Source: a virus
Strand: one strand, 5' to 3'
IMG/VR virus record: IMGVR_UViG_3300033182_000772
Location: 1 to 37,498 of that record
Length of the DNA stretch: 37,498 nucleotides
Below the pieces are notes generated by a model. That model was not told the origin of the DNA and did no database searches. It saw only the letters and a list, made by a program, of their open reading frames with translations. Both the position numbers and the translations under genes were made by a program. How positions within the stretch are numbered: position 1 is the stretch's first letter; every line of letters starts with the position of its first letter. Shown one piece after another: positions 7,421-17,682 of the stretch.

Positions 7421-10400
7421 TTAATCTTCGAGAACTTTCCTGTCGATAGTGTAGGTTGAGTAACCCAGCATTTGCATAAACGACTTCGTGTAATCATCCT
7501 CATCCCGGGCGGTGAAGGCTCCTCCCAGGCCCCTGAGCTCATTGGTCAATGTCAACATTGGCACGCCAGTCAAGGCTCCACCAGCCTTGAGGAAGTGGTC
7601 AATCGTCTTGGACCCCTCGAGGATGTCCTCGAGATAGATGTCGTCATCCTGCAACCCCTCGATACCCGCAGCGAGATCGGAGAGGAAAGACAACGGGTGC
7701 CGGGTCTCCAGATCGTAGAGGTTATCCTCTGGGTCTTTCGTCGTCAGCCGAATGCCCATCTCGAACAGGTCGCCGAGGATAAACCAGCCGTTGAGTGTGC
7801 CGAGGAGCGTCGCCTGCAGCTGGTCCTCGTCGTCCCATGTAAACCCATTGGCGATCAACTGGACCAGGTTCGGGATCACAATATGTAGAGTGATTATGCG
7901 CTTGACGAACTCCCGCTTGGTAATACGCCCGCGCCGGATGTCCACAATGGCGTTGTATTCTGCGCGTGACAGGGCGTTCGCCGAGGACATGAACTGCGTC
8001 ATGACCCGGATCAACCCGCTGGTGCGCTGCAGCTCGGATATCTGGTCCGGGTCCACAGACTGCTGGGTGCGCACGGTCATAAGCTCAAAGGAGCGCAGGG
8101 CCTTTTTCTTGGTCATGCCGGGCTTCTTCAGCATCGCGTAATAGTGCGCGTAACCGCCGATTGCGATGGCGCCCTTATCACCAAACCGGATGGGCAGCAT
8201 GAGCAGCCGGGCCAGTGTCGGGCGGCGCCCGACGAAGTTAAGCACGGACTTGTCCGAGAGCAGGGCCTCGTAGTCCTTGTCGATATTGATGCCGCGCTCC
8301 CTGAACAGGTCGCTCTCATTCAGCTCGCGGATGGCCTTGCGCGGGTTTGCTGCGAATTTTGCGATACCCGCCATGAAGTGTACCGTGTCGACGTCCTGGG
8401 CGTAGGCAGCGAACGACGCGAGCTGCTTAAGGCCGATCTGGGGCTTCGCCCCCAGCTGCGCGAAAGAGAAATTCCGCATCAGCGTCTGGATGGTCTTCTC
8501 ACCGATGATGCTGTTACGTGTGCCGCGCTTCCCGAAATGCTCGAGGTCGGCGTTGATGGTCTGCACCATTCGGTCACCGTAGGTGCGCCGGATGCGGTTC
8601 TGGACCTCAGTATCCCGCATAACGCGGTCCAGCATCCGCACCTTTTCCGCATACGCGATGAAGTACTCCATCTCGTTGATGTGCGATGCCAGAACGGTGA
8701 AATCACCCATCTCGCGGATAGGCAAGACAGACGGTGTGCGCGACTTCAGCGACCCCGGTGCGACACCACCACGGTACTGCAGCCCACTCATGAACTCGTC
8801 TTCCTGCCCCTCCGCAAAGCGGCGCTTGATGGGACTGTAGAACTCGAGCTTCGGAAGGGTCGTGTAGTACACCTTTTCGTAAGCCTCGTTGATGCGCGTG
8901 TAGTACTCCTCGTAGAACTGCAGTTGCGCCTGGATCAGCCGCACGTCCTGCTCGGTAAGCTGGTCGTGCAAAATCTGAATGATCTGAGGCGTATAGGCGT
9001 TACCCTCCGGGTGCTGCAGGCTCTTCTTGAGCTGCGGGTCTCGCAGCTCCATGATGCGCTTGCGCAGCTCGGCACGCGTCTTGACGTCAATCGGGCGTAC
9101 TACACCGTCCGAGTGTGTATGACTGCCGAGGTTAAGTTTCTCGGTCTCTCCACGAGTCAGTGCGCGCAGCGCTGCGCGCTCCGATGTCAGGTTCAGGGCT
9201 TGCATGACCAATTCTGTGTAGCGCCTGGTCATGGCCGCGCGACCACGGTCGAAGTTGCGACTCTCCTCAAAGAGCGACAGATCGTTGATGAGCGCATCAA
9301 CGCGCGCCTTGTCGGGTGAAGCAAAGATACGGCTGAGCTTATTCCACCACGTTCCACTCCACCCGAGGAATGTATTGACCTCTGCGGCAATCATCGCTTC
9401 ACGGAACTGGCTACGACTCTTGGGCTCCGGTCCCATGAGCTCAAGAACCTCTGCGATGCGGCGCTTTGCCGCACGCTCTTGACTGAGGATGTCGCTCTTC
9501 ACCAGTCCCCGGCCGGTCTTCTTGGCAGTCTCCAGCATCTCGGCGAGCTGCTCGATGCCTGCTGCGCTGACGCTTGTCGGGTCTGTCGTCAGCGTCAGCA
9601 GCTGCATCTCCAGCGCCTGCTCGGCAGTGGGGTGCTCGGAGAAGCCGAGGTTATGCAACGCCTCGAGCCGTGCCTGGGCCGCCTCGCCTTTAAGTCTCAG
9701 CGCCTTGCGGGCGATGTCCAGCACCTTCTGGGCCTCCGGACCGTAGCGACCCTTCCGCCCCTTCTTGACCGCGGTGCCCTTGACGACATTACGCAGGCGT
9801 TTGGTCGCCTGCTTGCGCCGCTCCTTGGTCACTAGCGTATTGATGCGGGCCTGTATCTTGGCGCTTACCTTGGCGAACTGCTCCGCCGTCTGCACATTGC
9901 GCAATTGCTTGATGAATTTGGCCTTGTCCGCGGCCGACAGCTTATACAGCGGGCGCTTTGCCGTGACCTTCTGGGCTGCATCTTCGGGTTTCTTCTCGGG
10001 CTTCCTACCCTTCCTGCGGGGCTTCAGCCGGACATCAGCGTCGGTGGCCGCGCTCTCGAGCATCTCGATGACAGCATCCTGCGCAGCCTTCACGTCCTTC
10101 CGTGCGAGACGCGAGCCTTCCTTGAACCCCTTGCTCAAGGCCCACTCGCGGGCCTTCTGCAGCCGCGTCTCTGCCCTGAGCAGATCTGCACCCTTTACCT
10201 GGACATCGCCGCTGAGCGCCGCCACAGCCTGACTGAGCCGGTCCCTGATGGGGCCCTCATCTGTAAGCAACCCGGCGCGCTCTTCATCCAGCAACTCACG
10301 CGCCTTAAGCCGACGATCTATCCTGTTTCGGATGGTTTTTGTCGCCTTCCCCGCGGCTTCGCGCTCGGTCATAAGCGCGATATCCCGGTCGATGATCTCA

Positions 10401-11794
10401 TCTATCTGGGCGATGCGCTTGTCCAATTCCCGGATGCGCCCCCGCGCGACCTTGCGGAGCGCGGCCTCTTCTTCCTTCACGACACGCTTCTCGATCTGCG
10501 CGGTCATCTTTTGGAACAGCTCTGTGCGTCGAGCTTGCTCAACCAGGATCAAGGTCGCAGCCCGGGAGGGCATGGTGCCCGACGGCCCCACGTCCACACC
10601 AGCGGAATACAGCACGTCCAATTCGTCGGGCGTGAGGTCTTCGACATTGTAGGTTCGGCGGTCTGGCGTAGTCTCTGCCTGGTTTACTTTCTGGGCTATG
10701 GTCTCCAGCGTGGGACCGTCGATATTCCGGACGCCCTCCGCTACTTCATCCTTCTCAACCGGGGTCTTGGGTGTGCTCGTCACGACATCTGCGGCTAGGC
10801 GCCCGCTGGAAAAACCAAGGGGCACGCCAGCCGCCCACATGGTCTCCTCTGCCGTATGAACCACGCGCTCGACATATTCCTCGGCAGCTATGGGTTCAAA
10901 TTCGCCTTTCTCCACCATCTTCAACACTTCCCCGGCGGCGATCTGAATATGCTCCTGTGCCTGTTCCGTAACTTGCTCGGCCGCCATGAGCGTAGAGAGA
11001 TTTAGCGCGAAATTGATGAGCTCGTTCTTTCCTTTCGGGATCTTTAACCGCGCCGCAGCGGTATCAAGAAGATTTCCGAATAGTTTGCTACTGCCGGGAA
11101 TAAGCCGTAAAATGAGAGTTAATGGCAAAAACTCGAGCCCCGCCATAGCCGCGCCCGCCAACGCAGCTGTCACTTTCGCAGCTTGGGGATGAACACCTTT
11201 ACCTTCCTTGTCCCGGAAAGCCCGGAGTTCCGCGTAAACATCGCCGGTCATCTGATAAAACGCAATCTCGGGGCCTGCAACAAGCGCACCCGCGGAGCCC
11301 CCTGCAAAGAACCCGGGAACCGCGCCAACGCCCGCAAAAGCCGCGCCGATAGTTCCACCCGCGATGGCGCCTTGCATACCTCTCTTGGCGATATTATAGA
11401 ACGTCTTATAAAGGAGGTGGGCCTGCTCCGCGGTACCTCGCGCGAACTGCTCTAGAGCGCCTTCAGCTACTGTCTGATTCGCGAGAACCCTCTCCTCCAG
11501 TCGTTTACGCTCTTCGTGCAGGAGGGGATTCGGGTTATCGGGGTCTTCAAGGAACCACTCAAAATTCAGGGCGCTGAGCTTATACGTATCAGCGCCACGG
11601 TTGTAGCTGCGGTCCAAGATGTGCATCAGGCGGTCTAGGCCGCCCTCTGGCACCCGAACAGTCTCGCCGGTCTGCTCGATATAGACGTTCTCAATAGGGC
11701 TACTTATGATCGGTGACGTCGCCAACTCTGGGCGCGCTATAGGCGCGCCCAAGGGAACGTCCACAAGCTGTGCGTCTTCTAGTTCAATAACCAA
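7421..11794 (-). CDS. Giant internal virion / DNA-ejection protein (T7 gp16 position)
   Basis: 1457 aa. TTG start with AAGAGG 7 nt upstream. N-terminal Gly/Ala zipper-like hydrophobic region (GAIAGGTIGAAFAGVGAVPGFFAGGSAGALVAG). Long K/R/E-rich helical centre. Lies between the internal-protein genes and the tail fibre. Confidence 0.75.
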   Translation of the reverse strand: MVIELEDAQLVDVPLGAPIARPELATSPIISSPIENVYIEQTGETVRVPEGGLDRLMHILDRSYNRGADTYKLSALNFEWFLEDPDNPNPLLHEERKRLEERVLANQTVAEGALEQFARGTAEQAHLLYKTFYNIAKRGMQGAIAGGTIGAAFAGVGAVPGFFAGGSAGALVAGPEIAFYQMTGDVYAELRAFRDKEGKGVHPQAAKVTAALAGAAMAGLEFLPLTLILRLIPGSSKLFGNLLDTAAARLKIPKGKNELINFALNLSTLMAAEQVTEQAQEHIQIAAGEVLKMVEKGEFEPIAAEEYVERVVHTAEETMWAAGVPLGFSSGRLAADVVTSTPKTPVEKDEVAEGVRNIDGPTLETIAQKVNQAETTPDRRTYNVEDLTPDELDVLYSAGVDVGPSGTMPSRAATLILVEQARRTELFQKMTAQIEKRVVKEEEAALRKVARGRIRELDKRIAQIDEIIDRDIALMTEREAAGKATKTIRNRIDRRLKARELLDEERAGLLTDEGPIRDRLSQAVAALSGDVQVKGADLLRAETRLQKAREWALSKGFKEGSRLARKDVKAAQDAVIEMLESAATDADVRLKPRRKGRKPEKKPEDAAQKVTAKRPLYKLSAADKAKFIKQLRNVQTAEQFAKVSAKIQARINTLVTKERRKQATKRLRNVVKGTAVKKGRKGRYGPEAQKVLDIARKALRLKGEAAQARLEALHNLGFSEHPTAEQALEMQLLTLTTDPTSVSAAGIEQLAEMLETAKKTGRGLVKSDILSQERAAKRRIAEVLELMGPEPKSRSQFREAMIAAEVNTFLGWSGTWWNKLSRIFASPDKARVDALINDLSLFEESRNFDRGRAAMTRRYTELVMQALNLTSERAALRALTRGETEKLNLGSHTHSDGVVRPIDVKTRAELRKRIMELRDPQLKKSLQHPEGNAYTPQIIQILHDQLTEQDVRLIQAQLQFYEEYYTRINEAYEKVYYTTLPKLEFYSPIKRRFAEGQEDEFMSGLQYRGGVAPGSLKSRTPSVLPIREMGDFTVLASHINEMEYFIAYAEKVRMLDRVMRDTEVQNRIRRTYGDRMVQTINADLEHFGKRGTRNSIIGEKTIQTLMRNFSFAQLGAKPQIGLKQLASFAAYAQDVDTVHFMAGIAKFAANPRKAIRELNESDLFRERGINIDKDYEALLSDKSVLNFVGRRPTLARLLMLPIRFGDKGAIAIGGYAHYYAMLKKPGMTKKKALRSFELMTVRTQQSVDPDQISELQRTSGLIRVMTQFMSSANALSRAEYNAIVDIRRGRITKREFVKRIITLHIVIPNLVQLIANGFTWDDEDQLQATLLGTLNGWFILGDLFEMGIRLTTKDPEDNLYDLETRHPLSFLSDLAAGIEGLQDDDIYLEDILEGSKTIDHFLKAGGALTGVPMLTLTNELRGLGGAFTARDEDDYTKSFMQMLGYSTYTIDRKVLED

Positions 11795-11822
11795 CGTTCA
11801 ACCTCTTAAGGTCGTACAGGAG

Positions 11823-12587
11823 CTAGGTCTGGTGGGGTGGATCCCATTCGCCTGCGTCGACAAGCGCCGCTTTGATATCGCTCTCGATGACGTCTGGGCC
11901 AAACATATCGAGTATTTCTTTTACACGGCGATTTCGAAGCCCCTCTGAAAGATCCCACCGCCGCTCGCCATCTTTACCGAAGGCCTTTGTGACTCCCGTG
12001 TACATCCCCGCAAATTCAATAAAAAATCTCTTGGCGTCCTCGGTAAGCTCACCTTTAACCGAATACAGCCTGCCGCCATTTTCAAATATGCGTTTAAGTG
12101 CTGCAGTTGCGAGCTCTGCTTTATCCTCGATATCTCCTCCAGTGTTGAAGCGGAAAGACGCAAGCGGCGCGATACGTTCAAGCGCGACGTCAGAATGCCG
12201 CCTTGCGGTTTTCTCAAATATTTGGCCATAACTTATCTTAGCCGCTGCGTCGACAGTGGAAGCTAACAGTAAGTCACCCTCCTTCGCTTCGGGAAAATAC
12301 TTCTTAAATATCGGATCGAGGTCAGTCAGCCCAGGACCGCACGTTATAACACCTTTACCTTCCCGGTCGCGGCACCTGTAGTATTTCACTGTGGTCTCGT
12401 AGTTCGAGGCTTGTCTGACGACACCGTCAAGAGCATCATTGCCAAACAACTCCTTGCCCATGAGCCTGCTAAAACCTTCATCTACGAAATGCGCGCGCTC
12501 TGCACGCTGCCGCAACGGCTCAGCCGTGAACGCAGATATCTCAGTATCCTCGTTCACTCCCCCTTGAGCTACATCTAAATCGCTCAT
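11823..12587 (-). CDS. GH24-like lysozyme-domain protein (virion-associated lysin or the phage endolysin)
   Basis: 254 aa. SNYE-x9-D-x7-T-CGPG (NYETTVKYYRCRDREGKGVITCGPG) matches the E...D...T/TxGxG layout of T4/P22-type lysozymes. LASFRFNTGG matches the family's 'sfxFNxG' motif. N- and C-terminal extensions are present. Confidence 0.6.
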   Translation of the reverse strand: MSDLDVAQGGVNEDTEISAFTAEPLRQRAERAHFVDEGFSRLMGKELFGNDALDGVVRQASNYETTVKYYRCRDREGKGVITCGPGLTDLDPIFKKYFPEAKEGDLLLASTVDAAAKISYGQIFEKTARRHSDVALERIAPLASFRFNTGGDIEDKAELATAALKRIFENGGRLYSVKGELTEDAKRFFIEFAGMYTGVTKAFGKDGERRWDLSEGLRNRRVKEILDMFGPDVIESDIKAALVDAGEWDPPHQT

Positions 12588-12589
12588 TT

Positions 12590-14263
12590 CTACCGCCCCT
12601 CCCGAGCGCGCGCGAGTATGCGCGCGGATTCCTCAACAGAAAACGTGCGTATAAGTACGCGCTCGCCCGTCGGTCCGTTTCGGACCTCCGATATCAAATG
12701 CTCTTCCGGATAAATAACGTAAAAATGACCTTCGGGTAGCGCCCGGGCAGGGCTCTTCGTTTCGTAAGCTGAACCTTTCGGAACACCTGGTTTCAATACC
12801 CCACCTTTACTTAGAATCACAGTAGGCAGATCAGAGGAAAACGCGAGATCCGGATTTTCCGACCGTATCTGATCTACGATTGCTCGCTCCATTGCAGCTC
12901 GGGCGTCTTCATGAGTAGTGATGGGTTGTCCAGCGTCATCAGCATCATCGAGGATTGCCATGAACCTCCGTGAGATACCCGCGCGGGTGCCAGGTGGTAC
13001 GGGTACGTCGCGGGCGTTGGCCCAGAACTCGAAAGTTTCTACGCCCATCTGATACGGCGTCGGTGCAGATTGTAATCCAAAAGAACGCAGGATATTTCCC
13101 AAATAGTCAGTCCCCTGACCTTCTATATCGGTAGCCTCATCATGGATAGCCTCACCCGTGTCCCGCAACCAGCGCGTGGCTGCGGATCGACCGATAAAGC
13201 CCTCTTTAAATGACCGTATAACTTCAGTTTGGAAGCGCAGAACTTCTTCAAGTTCCGCACCGGTCACCCAACTTCCGCGCTTCTTCGTCATATCCAACCC
13301 CACGAACTCGTTTTGGAGGTAGGTTTCGCGGTTGAGCATTTCCTCGGGCGTTCGCTCAGGGATCGTAGCACTGACGATAAGATCGAACAGGCTGTTCCCC
13401 ACCTGCTCTGGAACTCTCTTACGCAACGCCGGAAACTGATCCAGCGTAATTTTACCTGAAATGACGTTCATAAATGTTTCCGGTGCAGCCCGTGCGAAAT
13501 TGGCCAACGCTATGTCCTGCTGTCGTTTAGCCTGCCCCTTCACACGGTCAACCAGCGAGTCCTCAAAATTTGATCTCTCCTCTGCGGTTAGGAAATCAAG
13601 CTGGCTATCTTCAAGAAGCTGAAGCGCTTGAATGGGACGGGTAAGAAGACCATTTGTTATGGCCTCCCTGAATGAGACCTTGGCCTCGGCCAGTATTTGG
13701 GCTTGCCCTTCCGCACCAATGGTCGTCTGAGCAAGAGACTCCTCGAGATTCGCCACGGCCTCTGAATAAGTTAGCCCCCCCGCGAATAGCTCATCAGTGT
13801 AGCCCTTGCGGATCACCCCCACATTACGGAGGTCAGCCTTTACCGTCTGCTCGGACTGGAAACGCAGAGAGCCTGACAGAACCGTTGACCGGGCTGTCTC
13901 CGCCTCAGCGGCAATAGCCCTTTGCTGAACAGGGCTCAGGGTCGACGAGAACTCTGCGAACTGGTCATCGAACGACGTCTTCGTAGCATCGAAATGTCCC
14001 GGCGCACCAACCGGCGCCGCCTGCTGACGCTCCAGTTCCTCACGGGCGAAGTTTGTCTTGAACTCGGACAGCCGCGCTCGGGCCTCGGTGACCTGCCTGC
14101 GCTCCTCGCGGACCGCCAGCATGTCTCCAATGTCGGAGACGGACTTTCCGAGCTGCTGCGTCGCGGCGCCAATGTCCGCGCCAAAATCTGCAGCGGTAGC
14201 CGCGCGTCCGCCAACACCGCCTGCTACCCGTGTGGGTGCGTCATATGATGTGAAACGTGGCAT
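12590..14263 (-). CDS. Internal virion protein (T7 gp15 position)
   Basis: 557 aa, largely helical-looking. Call made by position in the T7-colinear series; no enzymatic motif recognised. Confidence 0.7.
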   Translation of the reverse strand: MPRFTSYDAPTRVAGGVGGRAATAADFGADIGAATQQLGKSVSDIGDMLAVREERRQVTEARARLSEFKTNFAREELERQQAAPVGAPGHFDATKTSFDDQFAEFSSTLSPVQQRAIAAEAETARSTVLSGSLRFQSEQTVKADLRNVGVIRKGYTDELFAGGLTYSEAVANLEESLAQTTIGAEGQAQILAEAKVSFREAITNGLLTRPIQALQLLEDSQLDFLTAEERSNFEDSLVDRVKGQAKRQQDIALANFARAAPETFMNVISGKITLDQFPALRKRVPEQVGNSLFDLIVSATIPERTPEEMLNRETYLQNEFVGLDMTKKRGSWVTGAELEEVLRFQTEVIRSFKEGFIGRSAATRWLRDTGEAIHDEATDIEGQGTDYLGNILRSFGLQSAPTPYQMGVETFEFWANARDVPVPPGTRAGISRRFMAILDDADDAGQPITTHEDARAAMERAIVDQIRSENPDLAFSSDLPTVILSKGGVLKPGVPKGSAYETKSPARALPEGHFYVIYPEEHLISEVRNGPTGERVLIRTFSVEESARILARAREGR

Positions 14264-14270
14264 CGTACAC

Positions 14271-14744
14271 CTACAGCGTTGCTACTGGTCGGCCGCGGGC
14301 GGGTTGGCCAAGCTGGTCTAACCTATCCGCAACTTTGGCACCACCCTCGAGCAGCGTGCTGGCAGCGCTGATGCGCCCGGCTTGGTGCGCTGCCTTGGCC
14401 CGCGCCCGGTCAAGCGCCGCGGACTGCTCCAAACCCATAGCAGTGATCTCCCCGCCATGCAAAATCGTCTGGATATTCAGCTCCTCCTCTATAGCGCTGT
14501 CCTCAAGAAGGTCGAGCTTGTCGGGGTCAATCGCGCGCAGAGCCCCCATGCGCTTGCGCCCGAGCCGCTCCTCGCGCCGCGCCTGCTCAGCCGCCGCCCG
14601 CCTCTCGGCCGCGGCGTTCTGCTGGTTACGCGCAGCATTGAAACGCGCAGCGTCAGCCGCCGCGTTAGCTTGCTGTATGCTGCCTATCGCGGATACAGCG
14701 GTACCTATGGCCGATGATACTATTGCGATTTCTGCGCCAGTCAT
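14271..14744 (-). CDS. Internal virion protein (T7 gp14-like)
   Basis: 157 aa from Met32 of ORF 14271..14837 (ATGA overlap with the upstream stop). The N-terminus AEIAIVSSAIGTAVSAIGSIQQANAAA followed by an A/R/E/Q-rich helix resembles the recalled T7 gp14 N-terminus. Confidence 0.65.
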   Translation of the reverse strand: MTGAEIAIVSSAIGTAVSAIGSIQQANAAADAARFNAARNQQNAAAERRAAAEQARREERLGRKRMGALRAIDPDKLDLLEDSAIEEELNIQTILHGGEITAMGLEQSAALDRARAKAAHQAGRISAASTLLEGGAKVADRLDQLGQPARGRPVATL

Positions 14745-15166
14745 AACACCCTCGCATATAGCGCGCAGTCGTGCCCATCCGGGGCGTATGCCTGCATGCG
14801 TTCGGCCTCGAGATTGAACCCGAGCATACGCGCCCACCGGTGACCCTGCGTGAAGTCGCTGTCAACTGTCATCTCGATACGCTGGATAAAGCACCCGTCC
14901 AGGAAATGCTTCACAGCCCTGTGAACTCTCAGGAACTTATTTGGCCCCACAGCAGAGATGAAAGCCCACGCCATAGCCCGGCCCTGCCACATTGGCACAA
15001 TGCCCGCAGCGGCCACAGCCGACGCGCCCTCGAACGCTGTGTAGCTCGGATATTCGGCGAGCGCATTGGCCTGGTCGCGCGTAACCCATTCGCTCAGATA
15101 CATCTGCGCGGGCTGTAACTTTATTACAGCCAGGTCGGCCGGTTCAAAGGGGCGGATGTGGAACAT
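14741..15166 (-). CDS. GNAT-fold-like acetyltransferase family protein at the T7 gene-13 position
   Basis: 141 aa. IRPFEPADL start and a C-terminal QRIEMTVDSDFTQGHRWARMLGF.LEAERMQAY..DG.D..LYARV pattern typical of small GNAT/DUF2833-type phage proteins (from memory). TAATG overlap with the nozzle gene. Confidence 0.65.
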   Translation of the reverse strand: MFHIRPFEPADLAVIKLQPAQMYLSEWVTRDQANALAEYPSYTAFEGASAVAAAGIVPMWQGRAMAWAFISAVGPNKFLRVHRAVKHFLDGCFIQRIEMTVDSDFTQGHRWARMLGFNLEAERMQAYAPDGHDCALYARVL

Positions 15167-17682
15167 TAGCGGTCCTGCGTATGTTGGTGCGGCATTACTG
15201 CAAGGATAGTAGCAGGCAACGGCTGCGTCTGGCGATAGAAGACATGGTTATCCGAGCTATACTCACCCTCCCACTCGAACTCCTTGTCGCCAGTGAACAG
15301 TGGCACGGCCGTGTCCATATCATCGCCCGCTGCCCTGAACGTAATCTCGTCAAGGTTGGAAGCATCAGGCCCGATGTATCCGCCGAGCGTATCGAAGAAC
15401 CGCACTATCACCCGATGTATGCGGTTGAGCTTGCCTTGCGCCGTGCCGTCGGCAGCCCCGGCGTTAGACCGCAGCGTCTCGAAGTCGGAGGTATAGGCGA
15501 GCCCGGCGTGAACCTTTGACGCGGAATAGTCCAGCGTCACTGCGCCAGAAGATACAACCTTGTCGGGATGCGTCGCGCCCTCAAGTAGCAGCTTGACCGT
15601 CTCGCCCTCAAGGTGATCCAGACCCGACACGCTGGTGACGCGCACGCGCGCCTCACCGCCCGACACGTAGGCGCTGTAAGCAGAGCCGTCTATGGCATGG
15701 TGGATGTCGCCGCCGGACGTGTAGGTCGAGTATGAAGTTCCGTCGATGCCTGAAAGCTCAAAAGTGTTGGCCGTCTTGTTGGCTACGGTGAAGCCCTTGC
15801 CATTCAGCTGCGTCATACCAGACACATTGCGAATCATGATCTCGTCGCCATCCGACAGACCGTGCCCGGTGGCCGTGATAACAACCGGGTTGGCCTTGGT
15901 GGCGCCGCTGATGTTTGGTGCGATCTTGGTGTTATTGAACAACTCGAAAGTATTGGTCGCGCTCTGACCGGTGCGGAACGCGATATTGTTCACTTCGGTC
16001 ATGCCCTTGACATCCGTAATGCGGATCTCGGAGCCGTCAGCAATACCGTGCGAAGCCGACGTCACGACCGGCGGATCGGCGGCCGTGATGCCCGTAATCG
16101 TGAGCGGACTGTCAAGCGACAGACCGCTGTCAACGAAGAACGCGTCCTCCTGGTCCGTCGTGTCATCCCAGTATGGTTTCATGTATTCCACAGTGCGCAC
16201 TGTGGCGCTGTTCACATAACGCTGCACAACAAGATACAACTCGTCTGCATCGCCTGCGGTATTCGGAATGCAGGCAATACTCTCGACCTTGGCCTGCGTC
16301 CCGGCCGCATCGCTCGATCCGCCCACAATGTGCCGGGCCCAACCCACGACCTTCTGCTCACGGTCATAGGTCAGCGAGATAAGTGTGCCGTCTGTGAGAA
16401 CCAACCACACAACGCTCTGCGGCTCCGCCTGGTAAGCCATATCCACAATACCCGTCTGTGTGATGTGCTCGGCCACGAGCGTCAAGTCAGGTGCGCGAAA
16501 ACCGTCGTCCTCGAAAAGGTAGGCCAATTCACGGACCTTGCGCAGCGCGCGCTGGACAAACAGCAGCGCCTTACCTGCGCGAATAGGCTGCCGGTCGGCG
16601 GAGCCATAGGAAGTCGACCGTTTACTCTGCACGTTGCTGGGAGTAAGTACACCACCCGTGTCAGAAGGGCGCGTCAGCCACTCACCGCCAACCGTGCCGG
16701 TCAGAAGCCCCTTCTCGTCATCCGCGATCCAGCGAATGACATTAACCTGATCGGCCGACAGCGTGTCTGTAATGGCGTTGTCATCGACCACAGTACCGTC
16801 AGCCTCTGTAGGCGCCATGTTCTCGAAGTCACCCGTCCGGCTGGCGTCCATCCGCTGCGGTGTATTAACACCACCCGCCCAGCATAATCTGTTCTGGTGA
16901 AACGTCACACTGGCAGGATAGCCCGTAGTGTCGGACCACACGCCTAGGCGCCAAGAGGTTGTTGCAGTAGTGGCCGAAGCGTCCTCACCGCTTATCGTAG
17001 CAGTCACCTCCGTCATATTGGTATAACCCGTGATAGTCAGCCACGTCCAGTTCCCCGCAGGGTCCTTCCAACGGATCAATCGGCCAACGTCAGTGGTCTG
17101 GAACCCCGTGTCACTGTTGATGCCGGTCACATCCGACGCTGTGACCGTTACAGACCCGGTCGTGCCAGACAAAGCCAGGGTGGTCGAGGTCGTATTAGTA
17201 TTGAGGAACGGCCCGTCCTGAAACTCGATGTCCGTGATAGTCCATGCCGTATCAGAGGTGCGCGTGATTTTGCGGGGCTTGTAGCCAGTGTGCGCCACAT
17301 ACAGAATGTCGGCGCTCTGCGCGAACTTCAGCGTCCCAAGGTCTGCCTCGGCATAGGTCGTCGTAAGCTCAACAGGTGACCCACTCGACTCGATCTGGCC
17401 GTTATCCTTATAAAATCGGCAGTACAGATCGCCAAACTCAATAATATACGCCTGTGTCGTCGAGAACTCGAACCTTCGCACATAGGTCTGCTTGCTGGCG
17501 GTCTTGACATCCGCTATATACACCGTGCCGGGACGACGCTGGACTGGTCCCTGTACGAGCGGAATGAAATTCAGGCAGGTCTTCAGCCCGGTCTGATACC
17601 GGTCTAGATCAGGCCTGCCATACAAAAGCGGCGAGATTTCCCCGCCGTTAAAATTGTTTTGTATGGGGCTGGACTTCGGCAT
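15166..17682 (-). CDS. Tail tubular protein B / nozzle (T7 gp12-like)
   Basis: 838 aa. The N-terminus NNFNGGEISPLLYGRPDLDRYQTGL...GPVQRRPG parallels the recalled T7 gp12 N-terminus (NLKGGISQQPDILRYPDQ...GLQKRPP). ATGA overlap with the adaptor gene. Confidence 0.85.
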   Translation of the reverse strand: MPKSSPIQNNFNGGEISPLLYGRPDLDRYQTGLKTCLNFIPLVQGPVQRRPGTVYIADVKTASKQTYVRRFEFSTTQAYIIEFGDLYCRFYKDNGQIESSGSPVELTTTYAEADLGTLKFAQSADILYVAHTGYKPRKITRTSDTAWTITDIEFQDGPFLNTNTTSTTLALSGTTGSVTVTASDVTGINSDTGFQTTDVGRLIRWKDPAGNWTWLTITGYTNMTEVTATISGEDASATTATTSWRLGVWSDTTGYPASVTFHQNRLCWAGGVNTPQRMDASRTGDFENMAPTEADGTVVDDNAITDTLSADQVNVIRWIADDEKGLLTGTVGGEWLTRPSDTGGVLTPSNVQSKRSTSYGSADRQPIRAGKALLFVQRALRKVRELAYLFEDDGFRAPDLTLVAEHITQTGIVDMAYQAEPQSVVWLVLTDGTLISLTYDREQKVVGWARHIVGGSSDAAGTQAKVESIACIPNTAGDADELYLVVQRYVNSATVRTVEYMKPYWDDTTDQEDAFFVDSGLSLDSPLTITGITAADPPVVTSASHGIADGSEIRITDVKGMTEVNNIAFRTGQSATNTFELFNNTKIAPNISGATKANPVVITATGHGLSDGDEIMIRNVSGMTQLNGKGFTVANKTANTFELSGIDGTSYSTYTSGGDIHHAIDGSAYSAYVSGGEARVRVTSVSGLDHLEGETVKLLLEGATHPDKVVSSGAVTLDYSASKVHAGLAYTSDFETLRSNAGAADGTAQGKLNRIHRVIVRFFDTLGGYIGPDASNLDEITFRAAGDDMDTAVPLFTGDKEFEWEGEYSSDNHVFYRQTQPLPATILAVMPHQHTQDR

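Noticed and set aside
8144-9319. 391-aa plus-strand ORF, with many others between 7472 and 11455, antisense to the 1457-aa gene
   Set aside because: These are shadow ORFs of a GC-rich coding region. The sense frame is one uninterrupted 4.4-kb ORF with an SD, and the antisense products are Arg/Leu/Val-rich with no motifs.
15862-16887. 341-aa plus-strand ORF antisense to the nozzle gene; likewise 18596..19675, 23877..24857, 30271..31305, 31728..32369, 35028..35915 and 35551..36321
   Set aside because: Each lies wholly within a minus-strand gene that has recognisable family motifs (gp12-like, capsid, terL, primase, SNF2, PolA). They are compositionally typical GC-rich antisense frames.
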